This document shows positions 26,029-35,486 of a stretch of DNA of 64,000 nt, in pieces; positions within the stretch are counted from its first letter, which is position 1; each line of letters starts with the position of its first letter. Under the pieces are notes generated by a model. The model had not been told where the DNA came from. It did no database searches and worked only from the letters and a program-made list of their open reading frames with translations. The stretch lies in the NCBI GenBank assembly GCA_050015075.1, contig JBEKCB010000005.1, forward strand, positions 1-64,000, written 5' to 3'. This stretch comes from Candidatus Brocadiia bacterium. Lineage in GTDB: Bacteria > Planctomycetota > Brocadiia > CAIUPP01. The translations under genes and the position numbers were made by a program.

Positions 26029-28407
26029 TTATCTTTTCCTCAAGCCAGTGAATGCAATCCCCACAGCCGTCGCCAGCGCGGCGAGGCTGAGGCCGATTCC
26101 CCAGGAGAACGACCCGGGGCGATAGCGGAAGACAACGCGGTGGCTTCCCGCCGACAGGGCGACGGCGCGGAAGGCGTAGTCGGCCCGCAGGATTCGCGCC
26201 GGGGCGCCATCCACTTCGGCTTTCCAGCCGGGGAAATAGTTGTCGCGCAGGACCAGCCAGCCGGGCTTCTCGAGTGCGGCGGTGACGGCGACGTCATCGG
26301 GAGCGTCCTCGAGGATGCCGGCCAGCGTCCGGGCGCCGGTTGCGGGCGAAGCCGGCGGCGCGGATTCCTCTTCGAGGACCACCTCCGACCGCGGGTCGCC
26401 GGTCAGCGCCGCCTCCAGCGCCTCCTCGGGCGAATGGGCGACGCGGCTCCGGTAAACCACCTGCGCGCGCGTTGCGGAGGACGGCAGCTCGAGGATTTCC
26501 CACTGGTTGTCGTTCCACAGCACGCGCGCCTGCGACGACGCCGCCAGCATGCCCGCCGGCCCAAGGACGCGCCCCAGCGCGGTCCGCAGCGGCACCGGCC
26601 CGCCGGGCGACAGCAGGCGATACAAGCTCGGAGCGATGTCCACCGGGCGGCCCTGCCCGATCTGGAAGAATTGATGGAACCGCGCGGGCGGGTTCGGCTC
26701 GATGCCCTCGACGACCGGGACGCGTTCGAGCATGGCGTCGTCCATCTCGGGGATATCCATCGCCCAGGTGCGCCGGTCGCCGCCCTCGCGGCGCAGCGCC
26801 GCGCCGGCGCCTTCAGGCCAGGCCGATTTCTCCGCGCGGAATGTCGTCGCCGGCCCGATGAAGCCGCGGCTGAAGAGCACCGAGTCCGCGGCGACGATGA
26901 AGAGAATCACTAGCGCCGCCGCCGGCGGCTTACGACGGAATATCATATATCCGCCGACCAACGCGCCCAAGAGCAGGAGCGCCTGCAACCCGTCGTGAAC
27001 GGCCGGCAGCGCGCTCGCGGAGGTGGCTTCGGCGTTCGGGGCGTATCGGTAGAGGCATTCGCCTGAGTGCAGGACCGCTTGCTGCCATGAGGCGACCGCT
27101 CCGGGCGCGGTCAGCAGAATGGCCAGCGCCATCGCGGCCGCGACGGCGGCGGCGAGGACGAACCGCAGCAGTTTCGGCGGCGCGGCGGAGAGCAGCCGCT
27201 CCGTCCCAAAGGCCGCCAGCACCGACAGCGCCAGCGAGAAGGGCAGCAGGAATTTGGCCGGGCCGCGGAACATGCCGCCCAGCGGCGTCAGCGCCAGCAG
27301 GTCCGTCGCGTGGGTGTGCTCGCCGAGCGCCAGGAGCAGCGCCAGGCACGCGGTGAGGGCGAAGCACGCGACGGCCCGCCGCGGCCGCTCGCAGATCAGC
27401 GCGTACACCGCCAGGACCAGCGCCGCGATTCCGATGTAGGCGTTCATCTCCCAGAACAGCCAGCGGCCCCAGTAGAAACTGCCGTCCGCGGTGCCGCCGA
27501 AGAGGCCCGGTACGACCATCGTGAGCAGGCACTCCGGTCCGAGAGAGAACACCATGAGCCAGTTCTTCAACATCGGCAGGCCGCGCGCGCCGTTGGCCGC
27601 CGCCTCGATGCCGGGCAGCAGTTGGACCGCCGCAAGCGCCGATCCGAGGAGCCACATTCCCGCGACCATCGCCCACTGCGCCCAGCGGCCCTTCCACGGT
27701 TCGCCGACCATTCGAGTTCCCTCAGGGCGGCCCTCGCCGAGCGGCCGGATCAGCGCGTAGAAACCTGCCGAGACCGCCGTCATGAAGACGTACTGCGGCA
27801 TGCCGCTGAGGATCTGCATCGCCACCGCGAACGCGCCGACGAGCAGCGCCCAGCGGCTCGGCCGGCGCATGATCCATTCGGTGCAGAGAAAAATCAGCGC
27901 CAGCCAAGGGATCGCGCACGAGTTGCCCCAATGCCCCGCGGGAACTCTCAGGACCTGCGCGGCGCAGAGTCCGAACGCCAGCGCGCCCACCGCCCTGCCG
28001 GCGCGACCGGCGCCGACCATCCGCGCGAGCAGATAGACGAAGATCATCGAGAGCCAGACGTGGAACAGGATGCTGACGCGCGCGGCGACGCCGATCGGCG
28101 CGACCGCGAAGATGATGTTCGGCGGATAAAACAGCGCGGATTGGAAGTTCCCCAGGAACGGCACGCCGCAGAGCACGTACGGATTCCACAGCGGCAGCGA
28201 GCCGTGCCGGATCGAGTCGGCCGCGAGCGCGCGCCACGGATACCACTGCGTGCGGCCGTCCTGGCCCGGCAGGCCCGGCGCCTGCGTCGGCGCGGCGCAG
28301 AGAATCGGCCAGAGCGCGATGACCGTCACCAGCAGAAGCGCGAGCAGGATGCCCGCGTCTTTCGCGTCGAAGCGCGCGTCCGCCTGCGCTTTCGATATCT
28401 CAGCCAT
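26029..28407 (-). CDS. YfhO-like multi-TM protein (putative GT-C glycosyltransferase), paralogue 3
   Basis: DGRTQWYPW, PLWNPYVLCGVPF, SALFYPPN, AVQLLP, C-terminal YFPGWKAEVDG...RADYAFRAV...GSHRVVFRYRP. Confidence 0.85.
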   Translation of the reverse strand: MAEISKAQADARFDAKDAGILLALLLVTVIALWPILCAAPTQAPGLPGQDGRTQWYPWRALAADSIRHGSLPLWNPYVLCGVPFLGNFQSALFYPPNIIFAVAPIGVAARVSILFHVWLSMIFVYLLARMVGAGRAGRAVGALAFGLCAAQVLRVPAGHWGNSCAIPWLALIFLCTEWIMRRPSRWALLVGAFAVAMQILSGMPQYVFMTAVSAGFYALIRPLGEGRPEGTRMVGEPWKGRWAQWAMVAGMWLLGSALAAVQLLPGIEAAANGARGLPMLKNWLMVFSLGPECLLTMVVPGLFGGTADGSFYWGRWLFWEMNAYIGIAALVLAVYALICERPRRAVACFALTACLALLLALGEHTHATDLLALTPLGGMFRGPAKFLLPFSLALSVLAAFGTERLLSAAPPKLLRFVLAAAVAAAMALAILLTAPGAVASWQQAVLHSGECLYRYAPNAEATSASALPAVHDGLQALLLLGALVGGYMIFRRKPPAAALVILFIVAADSVLFSRGFIGPATTFRAEKSAWPEGAGAALRREGGDRRTWAMDIPEMDDAMLERVPVVEGIEPNPPARFHQFFQIGQGRPVDIAPSLYRLLSPGGPVPLRTALGRVLGPAGMLAASSQARVLWNDNQWEILELPSSATRAQVVYRSRVAHSPEEALEAALTGDPRSEVVLEEESAPPASPATGARTLAGILEDAPDDVAVTAALEKPGWLVLRDNYFPGWKAEVDGAPARILRADYAFRAVALSAGSHRVVFRYRPGSFSWGIGLSLAALATAVGIAFTGLRKR

Positions 28408-30920
28408 CACGCCGCTCTCCCAATGTTCCTGCGCGATCGGACGTGCAACAAGAGCATGAGCGCCATGGCCAGCCCGCCGGCCAGGCTGGCGGTGATCCCC
28501 GCCTTGAAACTCGCCGGCTCATAGATGAAACCGACCGTATGCCGTCCGGCCGGCACGGCGACTGCGCGCATCAGGTAGTTCGCTCGCAGGATCGGCGCCG
28601 GCCGGCCGTCCACCTCGGCGCGCCAGCCCGGGTAATACAGGTCGCTGAGCACCAGCAACGCGTCCGATGCGGCCTCCACTTTCAGGACGACCCGGCTCGG
28701 CCCGCAAGACTCAATCGTCGGAAAAGGTTCCGCTCTCGGCAGGGCCTCGAGTCGGCAGCCCGGTTCCTCTTCCAGGAGCGCGCTATGCTGATAGTCGAAG
28801 CGGTCCAGCGACTCCAGCACCGTCGCCGCGTCGCGAATGACCGCGTAACTGTGGACGAGCCAGGCGCGCGGCCAGGGATCCGGAAGCGCGTCCACCCGCA
28901 CCCGCTCGTCCTCGTAAACCGTGCGCAATCCGGGTATCGGAGTCCTGGGGTGATGGCGATAGCAGACTAGATAGTCCAGGTTCAGCATGCCCATCGCCGT
29001 CGTAACCGTAGTGAGTTCATACGCAGTCAGTTGCTTCGCGGGCGGCTCGCCCTGCAATCGCCAGAAGGCGTCTCGAAAGCGCGCGGGCACGTTGGGCTGT
29101 ACGCCCTCCAGGCAGCAGAGCCGGTGTATCATGCCCTCGCAAGGCGGAAGATCGAGGTCCCCGCCGCGCGCGAAACGGAACGGCGCGGGAAGGTCGCGCA
29201 GCCAGGCCACGCAGCCCGGCGAAAGGCCGTTGCCGGCGGGATCGAACGTGGCCAGGTATCTGCGGCCGAAGGTCCAGTAATCCGCGGCGAGCAGTAAGAA
29301 GAGAACGGCGACGGCGGCCGACGTCTTCAGCCGGAACTTTCCGATCGTCCAGGCCAGAACGGCCAGCGCGCCCACCAGTATGGCGGCGCGGAGCACGGAG
29401 GAACATGCCTCGCGAAGGGCGATCGTTACGAACTGCGGCGCGCCGCCTCGGTAGTGCAGGTAGAACGCCTCGCCATATCCCTGCCGCCAGATGAAGCGCA
29501 TGAATCGAGGCCAGAGCTCCAACGCGAACGACGGATGCGGCAGGAGGAAGATTCCTCCGGCCGCCAGGAGCAGCGCGGCGATGCCGAAAGTCCATGCGGC
29601 GCGGACTGATCGCACGCTTCCAAGTCTGCGCTCGACCTCCGCTTCCGCCGCGCCCTCAGCAGCGCAGCCGACGAAGCAGTCGGCGCCGATCCCCGCCAGG
29701 AACGCCAGGAACAAACTCAGCGGCGCCAGGAATCTCGCCGGCGCGCGGAACAGGTCGAAGCCGGGCACGAACCAATACAGCACCTGCAACAGAGGCGCAT
29801 TTTCGCCCAGGGCCAGGATGAAAAGCAGGACGATCATGCCGACGGTGAGAAGCACGGTGCGCCGCCTGCCGCACAACGCGCCGAAGAGCGCCAGGCCGAT
29901 CGCGATGACTCCGACGTACGCAGAGGTCTCCCACAGGTTCCATCGGCCCCAATATTTGCCCGCGAGGTCCGTGCCGAAGAAATCCGGCGCGACCAGCGTG
30001 ATCAGCGCCTCGGGCACGAGGGAGAACTGGGAGACCCATTCGTAAGTGAGCTGCCCTTTGCGCGACGAGATCGAGAGCAACTCGGCCGCCGGCAGGAGTT
30101 GCACGCCCGCGGCCAGCGCGCCGACTACGTAGATCAGCGCGACGCCGGCCGCGGCTTTGCACGCTGCGCGAGGGCGCTTTCTCATTTCTTGCCATGTCCG
30201 CGCGGCGAAGTAGAGGACCGCCGCAATCCCGCCGAAGAAGACGTATTGCGGCTGTCCGGCAAAAAGCTGCATCGCCACGGCGCCCGCGCCGCCGGCAACC
30301 ACGCCCCAGCTCCATCGGCCGGCGGCCAATTCCTCCATGCAGAGCATCAGGCACGGTATCCACGGCATCGCCGCGAGGAAGCTCCAGTGCCCTTCGAAGA
30401 CGCGGAGGAACTGCGGCGCGCCGAATACGTACGCTGCGGCCGCCACGGCCGATCCGACCCACCTCAGGCCCGCGCGCCGGCACCAGAGATAAGTGAAAAG
30501 CCCCGAGAGGAACAGGTTGAGGATGATGCTCCAGTTGATCGCGCGGCCCAGGGGCATCACGGCGCACAGCCAGTTCGTCGGATAGAACATGGCCGACTGA
30601 AAGCTGGCGATGAACGGCATCCCCAGGAACTCGTAGGGATTCCACAGCGGAAACCGCCCGGCGCGAATCTCGCCGAAGCCGTACGCGCGCCATCCGTAGA
30701 ACTGGCTCCGCGCATCCGAGTCCGGGCGCCCCAGGCATCTCTCGCCCGGCATCGCCAGAATGCCGCTGAAGAAAACCAGCAGGAATGCGAGGAAGCCCGC
30801 GAGGACCAGAACGTCGCGGCGAGTGATGGAGATGGACGCAGGCGGACGGCCCGGCGACTCTCTCACGTTACTATCGCGCCCGGCGCCGCAGTTCGCCGAA
30901 TCCGGGTCAATTGGTCCCAC
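28407..30920 (-). CDS. YfhO-like multi-TM protein (putative GT-C glycosyltransferase), paralogue 2
   Basis: DARSQFYGW, PLWNPYEFLGMPF, MFYPTN, FRAPARF, YYPGWRAEVDG...ANYLMRAV. Confidence 0.85.
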   Translation of the reverse strand: MGPIDPDSANCGAGRDSNVRESPGRPPASISITRRDVLVLAGFLAFLLVFFSGILAMPGERCLGRPDSDARSQFYGWRAYGFGEIRAGRFPLWNPYEFLGMPFIASFQSAMFYPTNWLCAVMPLGRAINWSIILNLFLSGLFTYLWCRRAGLRWVGSAVAAAAYVFGAPQFLRVFEGHWSFLAAMPWIPCLMLCMEELAAGRWSWGVVAGGAGAVAMQLFAGQPQYVFFGGIAAVLYFAARTWQEMRKRPRAACKAAAGVALIYVVGALAAGVQLLPAAELLSISSRKGQLTYEWVSQFSLVPEALITLVAPDFFGTDLAGKYWGRWNLWETSAYVGVIAIGLALFGALCGRRRTVLLTVGMIVLLFILALGENAPLLQVLYWFVPGFDLFRAPARFLAPLSLFLAFLAGIGADCFVGCAAEGAAEAEVERRLGSVRSVRAAWTFGIAALLLAAGGIFLLPHPSFALELWPRFMRFIWRQGYGEAFYLHYRGGAPQFVTIALREACSSVLRAAILVGALAVLAWTIGKFRLKTSAAVAVLFLLLAADYWTFGRRYLATFDPAGNGLSPGCVAWLRDLPAPFRFARGGDLDLPPCEGMIHRLCCLEGVQPNVPARFRDAFWRLQGEPPAKQLTAYELTTVTTAMGMLNLDYLVCYRHHPRTPIPGLRTVYEDERVRVDALPDPWPRAWLVHSYAVIRDAATVLESLDRFDYQHSALLEEEPGCRLEALPRAEPFPTIESCGPSRVVLKVEAASDALLVLSDLYYPGWRAEVDGRPAPILRANYLMRAVAVPAGRHTVGFIYEPASFKAGITASLAGGLAMALMLLLHVRSRRNIGRAA

Positions 30921-33339
30921 GGCGCCTCCGCGGCCACAGATGGCATGAAATCAGCAAAGCGGCGACGAGGCATCCCGCCGCGCTCGCGGCCACGCCCGCC
31001 CGGAAGCTCGCGGGCCTGTAGAGGAACCGGACTTCGTGCGCGCCTTTGGGAACCGCCACCGCGCGCATGGCGTAATTCGCCTCCAGGATTTGCGCGGGGC
31101 GGCCGTCCACCGTCGCCTCCCAGCCCGGATAGAAAAGGTCGCTCAGGACCAGCAGCGCGGGCGCGGCGGCCTGGACTTCGATGTTCACGCGCGCCGGCTC
31201 GTACCGCACGATCTCCGGCGTCGGCTCCGCCGCCGGCGGCTGCTCGACGGCGCAGCGAGGCTCCGCTTCGAGGAGGGCCATCTTCTCATAGTTCAGCCGC
31301 GGGAGCACGTCGAGCAGTTCCTTCGGGTTGCCGAGCACGGCGTAACGATGGACCAGCCAGGCGCGCGGCCAGGAATCGGCCAGTTCGTCAATGCGGATCT
31401 GCGGGTCCTCGAAAACCGTGCGGAGGCCCTCAATCTGCAGTTTCGGCTGGGAAGGGAACACGACGACGTAGCGCAGGTTGAGCATCAGCAGCGCAGGCTG
31501 GGGATCGTAAATGAAATACGAGGTGAACTTCTTGTCCATGGCCAGCCTGTAGATGGCCTCGCCCTGGAACGACCAGAACACATCGCGGAACCGCGCCGGG
31601 GCATTCGGCTGGACGCCCTCGATGGATGCGAAACGATGCGTCATGCCCTCGCACGCCGGGAGATCGCCACAGCCGCCGCGCCAGAAACGGAACGGCTGAG
31701 GACTTTTCGCGAGGAATTCCACGGCGCCCGGCGAGAGGCCGTCCTTCTGCGGGTCGAAGGTCACCAGGTACCGCTGTCCGAAGGTCCAGGCGTCAATCGC
31801 CACCAGCAGCAGCAACGCCGCGGCGACCCAGTCGGTTTTGGCCCGCGACGACCGCGCAAGCCGGACCAGGCCTGCCAGCGCAGCGAGCAGGAGTCCCGCG
31901 CGCAATAGGCTCAGGCCGGCGGCGCGCATCGCCACCAGCTTGAACTCCGGCGACGGCGTCCAGTCGTGGAGGTACACGCGCTCTCTGGGCGCGACCTGGA
32001 GCATGGCGTCCATGAACCGCACCCACGCCGCCCGGCCAAACCCGGCGTCCAAGCACAGCGCTCCGCCGGCCAGGATCAGCAGCGCCGCCAGGCAACCCAG
32101 GATCCACATCCCGCGCCCGTTGGCCCGCGCGATACCCGGCTCCGGCTCCGCGGCCGATGCCGCGATGCCGTCCGCGCCGAGGCCGGCCAGCAGACCGATG
32201 AAGAGACTGACCGGACACAGCCATCGCGCCTGCGCACGGAACAGATCGAAGCCCGGGAGCAGCCCGAAAAACACCGCGTCGCCGGCCATCGCCAGCAGCA
32301 GGCAGATCAGCGCGATGCAACCGGGCAGGAAGGCCATTCCACGTCTGCCGCGGAGAAGCGCAATGAATGCCAATCCAAATGCCACGACGCCGACGTACGG
32401 CGACGTCTCCCAAAGGTTCCATCGTCCCCAGAACCGGACTCCGACGTCGTTCCCGAAGATGTCCGGCACGAGAAAGGTCAGCAGCCCTTCCGGCACGAAC
32501 GCGTATTGCCTGACCCAGGCATAGCTGAGCTGGCCGCGACGCGCAGAGATGGAGAAGAGTTCCAGCGCCGGCATCAACTGCACGCCCGCCAACGCCGACC
32601 CGAGCAAGTAGATCAGCGCGAAGCTGCCGACGACGCGCGCCGCGCCGCGCGCGCCGAGTTCAGGCCGCTGCCACAGCCGGCCGCCCAGGTACAGCACGGC
32701 AGCGATCCCGCCGTAGAAGGCGTATTGCGGATTTCCGCCGAACCACTCCATCGCCACCGCCGCCGCGCCGAGCACGATGGCGAGCGGCTGAAATCCGCCG
32801 GAGACGAGCATCTCCACGCAGAGCAGGACGCACGGAATCCACGGCATCGGCGCGAGAAAACTCCAGTGACCCTCGAAGATCCGGAGGATCTGCGGCGCGC
32901 CGAAGACGTATGTCGCCGCGGCGACGACCGCGCCGATCCACCTCAGCCCGAACCGCCGCGCCCAGAGATACGTGAAGAGGCCCGAGAGAAACAGGTTGAG
33001 GATGATCCCGAGGTTGATCGCGCGGCACAGCGGCAGAACTGCGCAAAGCCAGTTCGTCGGGTAGAACATCGCCGACTGCAGGCTGGCGACGAAGGGCATC
33101 CCGAGGAACTCGTAAGGATTCCAGAGCGGAAACCGCCCGGCGCGGACTTCGCCGAACCCATACGCGCGCCAGCCGTAAAACTGGTTGCGCCCGTCCCCTT
33201 CCTGCCGGCCCAGGCACCGTTCGCCCGACTGCGTCAATACGCCGAAGAAGAAGATCAGGAGGAAAAGGAGGAACCCGGCCAGGACATAGCAGTCCCGGCG
33301 GTTCAGCTTGGAATGGCCGTTTGCGGAAAATGGAGACAC
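30907..33339 (-). CDS. YfhO-like multi-TM protein (putative GT-C glycosyltransferase), paralogue 1
   Basis: DGRNQFYGW, PLWNPYEFLGMPF, FYPGWEATVDG...ANYAMRAV; strongly similar to 28407..30920. Confidence 0.85.
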   Translation of the reverse strand: MSPFSANGHSKLNRRDCYVLAGFLLFLLIFFFGVLTQSGERCLGRQEGDGRNQFYGWRAYGFGEVRAGRFPLWNPYEFLGMPFVASLQSAMFYPTNWLCAVLPLCRAINLGIILNLFLSGLFTYLWARRFGLRWIGAVVAAATYVFGAPQILRIFEGHWSFLAPMPWIPCVLLCVEMLVSGGFQPLAIVLGAAAVAMEWFGGNPQYAFYGGIAAVLYLGGRLWQRPELGARGAARVVGSFALIYLLGSALAGVQLMPALELFSISARRGQLSYAWVRQYAFVPEGLLTFLVPDIFGNDVGVRFWGRWNLWETSPYVGVVAFGLAFIALLRGRRGMAFLPGCIALICLLLAMAGDAVFFGLLPGFDLFRAQARWLCPVSLFIGLLAGLGADGIAASAAEPEPGIARANGRGMWILGCLAALLILAGGALCLDAGFGRAAWVRFMDAMLQVAPRERVYLHDWTPSPEFKLVAMRAAGLSLLRAGLLLAALAGLVRLARSSRAKTDWVAAALLLLVAIDAWTFGQRYLVTFDPQKDGLSPGAVEFLAKSPQPFRFWRGGCGDLPACEGMTHRFASIEGVQPNAPARFRDVFWSFQGEAIYRLAMDKKFTSYFIYDPQPALLMLNLRYVVVFPSQPKLQIEGLRTVFEDPQIRIDELADSWPRAWLVHRYAVLGNPKELLDVLPRLNYEKMALLEAEPRCAVEQPPAAEPTPEIVRYEPARVNIEVQAAAPALLVLSDLFYPGWEATVDGRPAQILEANYAMRAVAVPKGAHEVRFLYRPASFRAGVAASAAGCLVAALLISCHLWPRRRRGTN

Positions 33340-33375
33340 AATACTTCCATGTCGGGACGTTTTTCGCCAGCCCTG

Positions 33376-33834
33376 CTACTGGTCCTTCCGCGCCCAATCG
33401 TATGGAATTTCTTTCGTATGCGCCTCCAGGCGGTACTCATCGGGCGCGGTGCGGTTGTAGGGCTCCGTGGGGCAATTGATCACGATCGCCTCTTCGACGG
33501 AAATCCCCTTGAACCCGTGGTACACCATGGGCGGAATCTGGACGAGCAACGGGTTATGCTCGCCGATGAAGAATTCCTGCACTTGCCCGCGCGTCGGCGA
33601 GTCGTCGCGCGGATCATACAGCGCCAGCTTGAGCATCCCGCGCACCACCGCAAAGCTATCGTACTGAAGCTTATGAAAGTGCCAGGCCTTCACGACGCCC
33701 GGGTAGACCGTCGTCATGTACACCTGGCCGAATTTCCGGTACAGCGCGTCGTCGCACCGGAGGATTTCCATCAGCCGCCCGCGCTCGTCGGGAATGACTT
33801 TCAGCGGCTTGGTCTGGACGCCGTGAATGGGCAA
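33376..33834 (-). CDS. rmlC: dTDP-4-dehydrorhamnose 3,5-epimerase family (cupin)
   Basis: DERGRLME, PGVVKAWHFH, DPRDDSPT, IPPMVYHGF; upstream extended -10 TGcTATAAT at 33890-33882. Confidence 0.85.
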   Translation of the reverse strand: MPIHGVQTKPLKVIPDERGRLMEILRCDDALYRKFGQVYMTTVYPGVVKAWHFHKLQYDSFAVVRGMLKLALYDPRDDSPTRGQVQEFFIGEHNPLLVQIPPMVYHGFKGISVEEAIVINCPTEPYNRTAPDEYRLEAHTKEIPYDWARKDQ

Positions 33835-34002
33835 GAGGATCCCTTTCCAAACAGGATTGCATTTCGATCCAACCGCGCCGCATTATAGCAATCGCGCGCC
33901 GGTTTTTGTATCGGGAATCGGCCCTTAGATGTCGGGGAAACTTGTGAAGACCCCTGTAAACCCTCGTAAAATCGGCGCTTCTTCGCTGCGCGGCAAAGGC
34001 GC

Positions 34003-34031
34003 TTGACTCAGGCACCCGGCGGGAGTATCAT
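34003..34031 (+). promoter_or_regulatory. Sigma70-type promoter of tatAB
   Basis: TTGACT-N17-TATCAT. Confidence 0.6.
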
Positions 34032-34107
34032 GGATTAATGGAAGGCGGGCACCGGTTTCCCGCTGACTGTTAAGGCGGGGAGGTTGTTTTTTCTTGAGAG
34101 GATGCAG

Positions 34108-34317
34108 ATGAATACATTGGCGCTCCTATTCGAACGGCCGGAAAGCTTCCTCCTGATCGTCCTGATCATCATCCTTCTCTTCGGCAGCTCGCGCATCCCG
34201 CAGGTCGCCCGCTCGCTGGGCCGCAGCGTGAGCGAATTCAAGAAGGGTGTGCGCGAAGGCGAAGAAGAAGAGAAGAAAGCCGTCGAACCGAAGGAAGCAG
34301 ATAAGAAGCCTGGGTGA
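34108..34317 (+). CDS. tatA: Twin-arginine translocase TatA/E
   Basis: LLIVLIIILLFGSSRIPQVARSLGRSVSEFKKG. Confidence 0.92.
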   Translation: MNTLALLFERPESFLLIVLIIILLFGSSRIPQVARSLGRSVSEFKKGVREGEEEEKKAVEPKEADKKPG

Positions 34318-34724
34318 GCGGCGTGTCCCTCGGCACCATTCTGCTGATTACCATCGTCATCCTCGTCGTCTTCGGCCCCGAGAAAGTCCCGGAAGTGGGC
34401 CGGGCTCTCGGGCGCGCTATGCACGAATTCCGGAAAGCCATGGCGGAGTTCGAGCGCAGCGTGGACGAGCAGACCGAGCCGGTCCGAAAGGCGATGACCG
34501 AGGCGCAGGACACGGTGAACGCCCACGCAGCCGAAATCACCAAAGCCACCTCGATCTCGCAGTTCCAGCGCAGCGTGAACGAGCAGACCGAGCCGATCCG
34601 TAAAGCGATCACGGACGCGCAGGATACGGTCAACGCCCAGGCAGCCGAAATCAGCAAAGCCGCCTCGATCTCGGAACCCCAGCCGGCGAAGAAACCTGAA
34701 GAAAGTCCGAAGCCCGAGTGTTGA
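34314..34724 (+). CDS. tatB: Twin-arginine translocase TatB-like protein with an internal 38-aa duplication
   Basis: ILVVFGPEKVPEVGRALGRAMHEFRKA; GTGA overlap with tatA; 114-bp direct repeat starting at 34449 and 34563. Confidence 0.8.
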   Translation: MSGVSLGTILLITIVILVVFGPEKVPEVGRALGRAMHEFRKAMAEFERSVDEQTEPVRKAMTEAQDTVNAHAAEITKATSISQFQRSVNEQTEPIRKAITDAQDTVNAQAAEISKAASISEPQPAKKPEESPKPEC

Positions 34725-34769
34725 ATGATGACGTCCTTCATCACTCATCATCCGCGCTTCCGACTTCCT

Positions 34770-35486
34770 TCAACCGCCCAGGTACGCCCGCTTGACTTCC
34801 GCGCTGTTGCGCAGTTCCGCCGCGGGCCCTTCGAGCGCGATCTGCCCGGTCTCGAGCACGTAGGCGCGGTCGGCGACGCCGAGCGCCTGGTAGGCGTTCT
34901 GCTCGACGAGCAGGATCGTCGCGCCTTCGGCCTTGACCTCGCGGATGATCTCGAAGATGTTCTCGACGAGCACGGGCGCGAGGCCCATGCTCGGCTCGTC
35001 CATCAGCAGCAGCCGACCGCCGGTCATCAGCGCGCGGCCGAACGCCAGCATCTGCTGCTCGCCGCCGCTGAGCGTGGCGCCCGGCTGGTTGAGCCGCTCC
35101 TTGAGCCGCGGGAAAAGCCGGAAGACGCGCTCGCGGGCCTTCTCGAGCGCGCTCCGGTCGCGCCGGCGGACGTAGCCGGCCAGTTCGAGGTTCTCGCGGA
35201 CGGTCAGGTTGGTGAAGATGCCGCGGCCTTCCGGGACGTGCGCGATGCCGGCGCGGACGATCTCGTGCGCGGGCAGGCCGCCGATCTCGCGCCCCGCCAG
35301 GCGGATGCTGCCGCCGCTCGGGCGCATCAGGCCCGAGAGCGTCCGCAGCGCGGTGCTTTTCCCCGCGCCGTTCGCCCCGATCAGCGCGACGACTTCCCCC
35401 GCCGCCACCCGGAACGAAATTCCCTTCAGCGCGCGGATCGCGCCATAGTGCACCGACAGGTTCTCGACCTCCAGCAGCGCGCTCAT
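34770..35486 (-). CDS. livF: Branched-chain amino acid ABC transporter ATPase LivF
   Basis: GANGAGKST, HVPEGRGIF, LSGGEQQML, MDEPSMGLAP, LVEQNA. Confidence 0.93.
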   Translation of the reverse strand: MSALLEVENLSVHYGAIRALKGISFRVAAGEVVALIGANGAGKSTALRTLSGLMRPSGGSIRLAGREIGGLPAHEIVRAGIAHVPEGRGIFTNLTVRENLELAGYVRRRDRSALEKARERVFRLFPRLKERLNQPGATLSGGEQQMLAFGRALMTGGRLLLMDEPSMGLAPVLVENIFEIIREVKAEGATILLVEQNAYQALGVADRAYVLETGQIALEGPAAELRNSAEVKRAYLGG

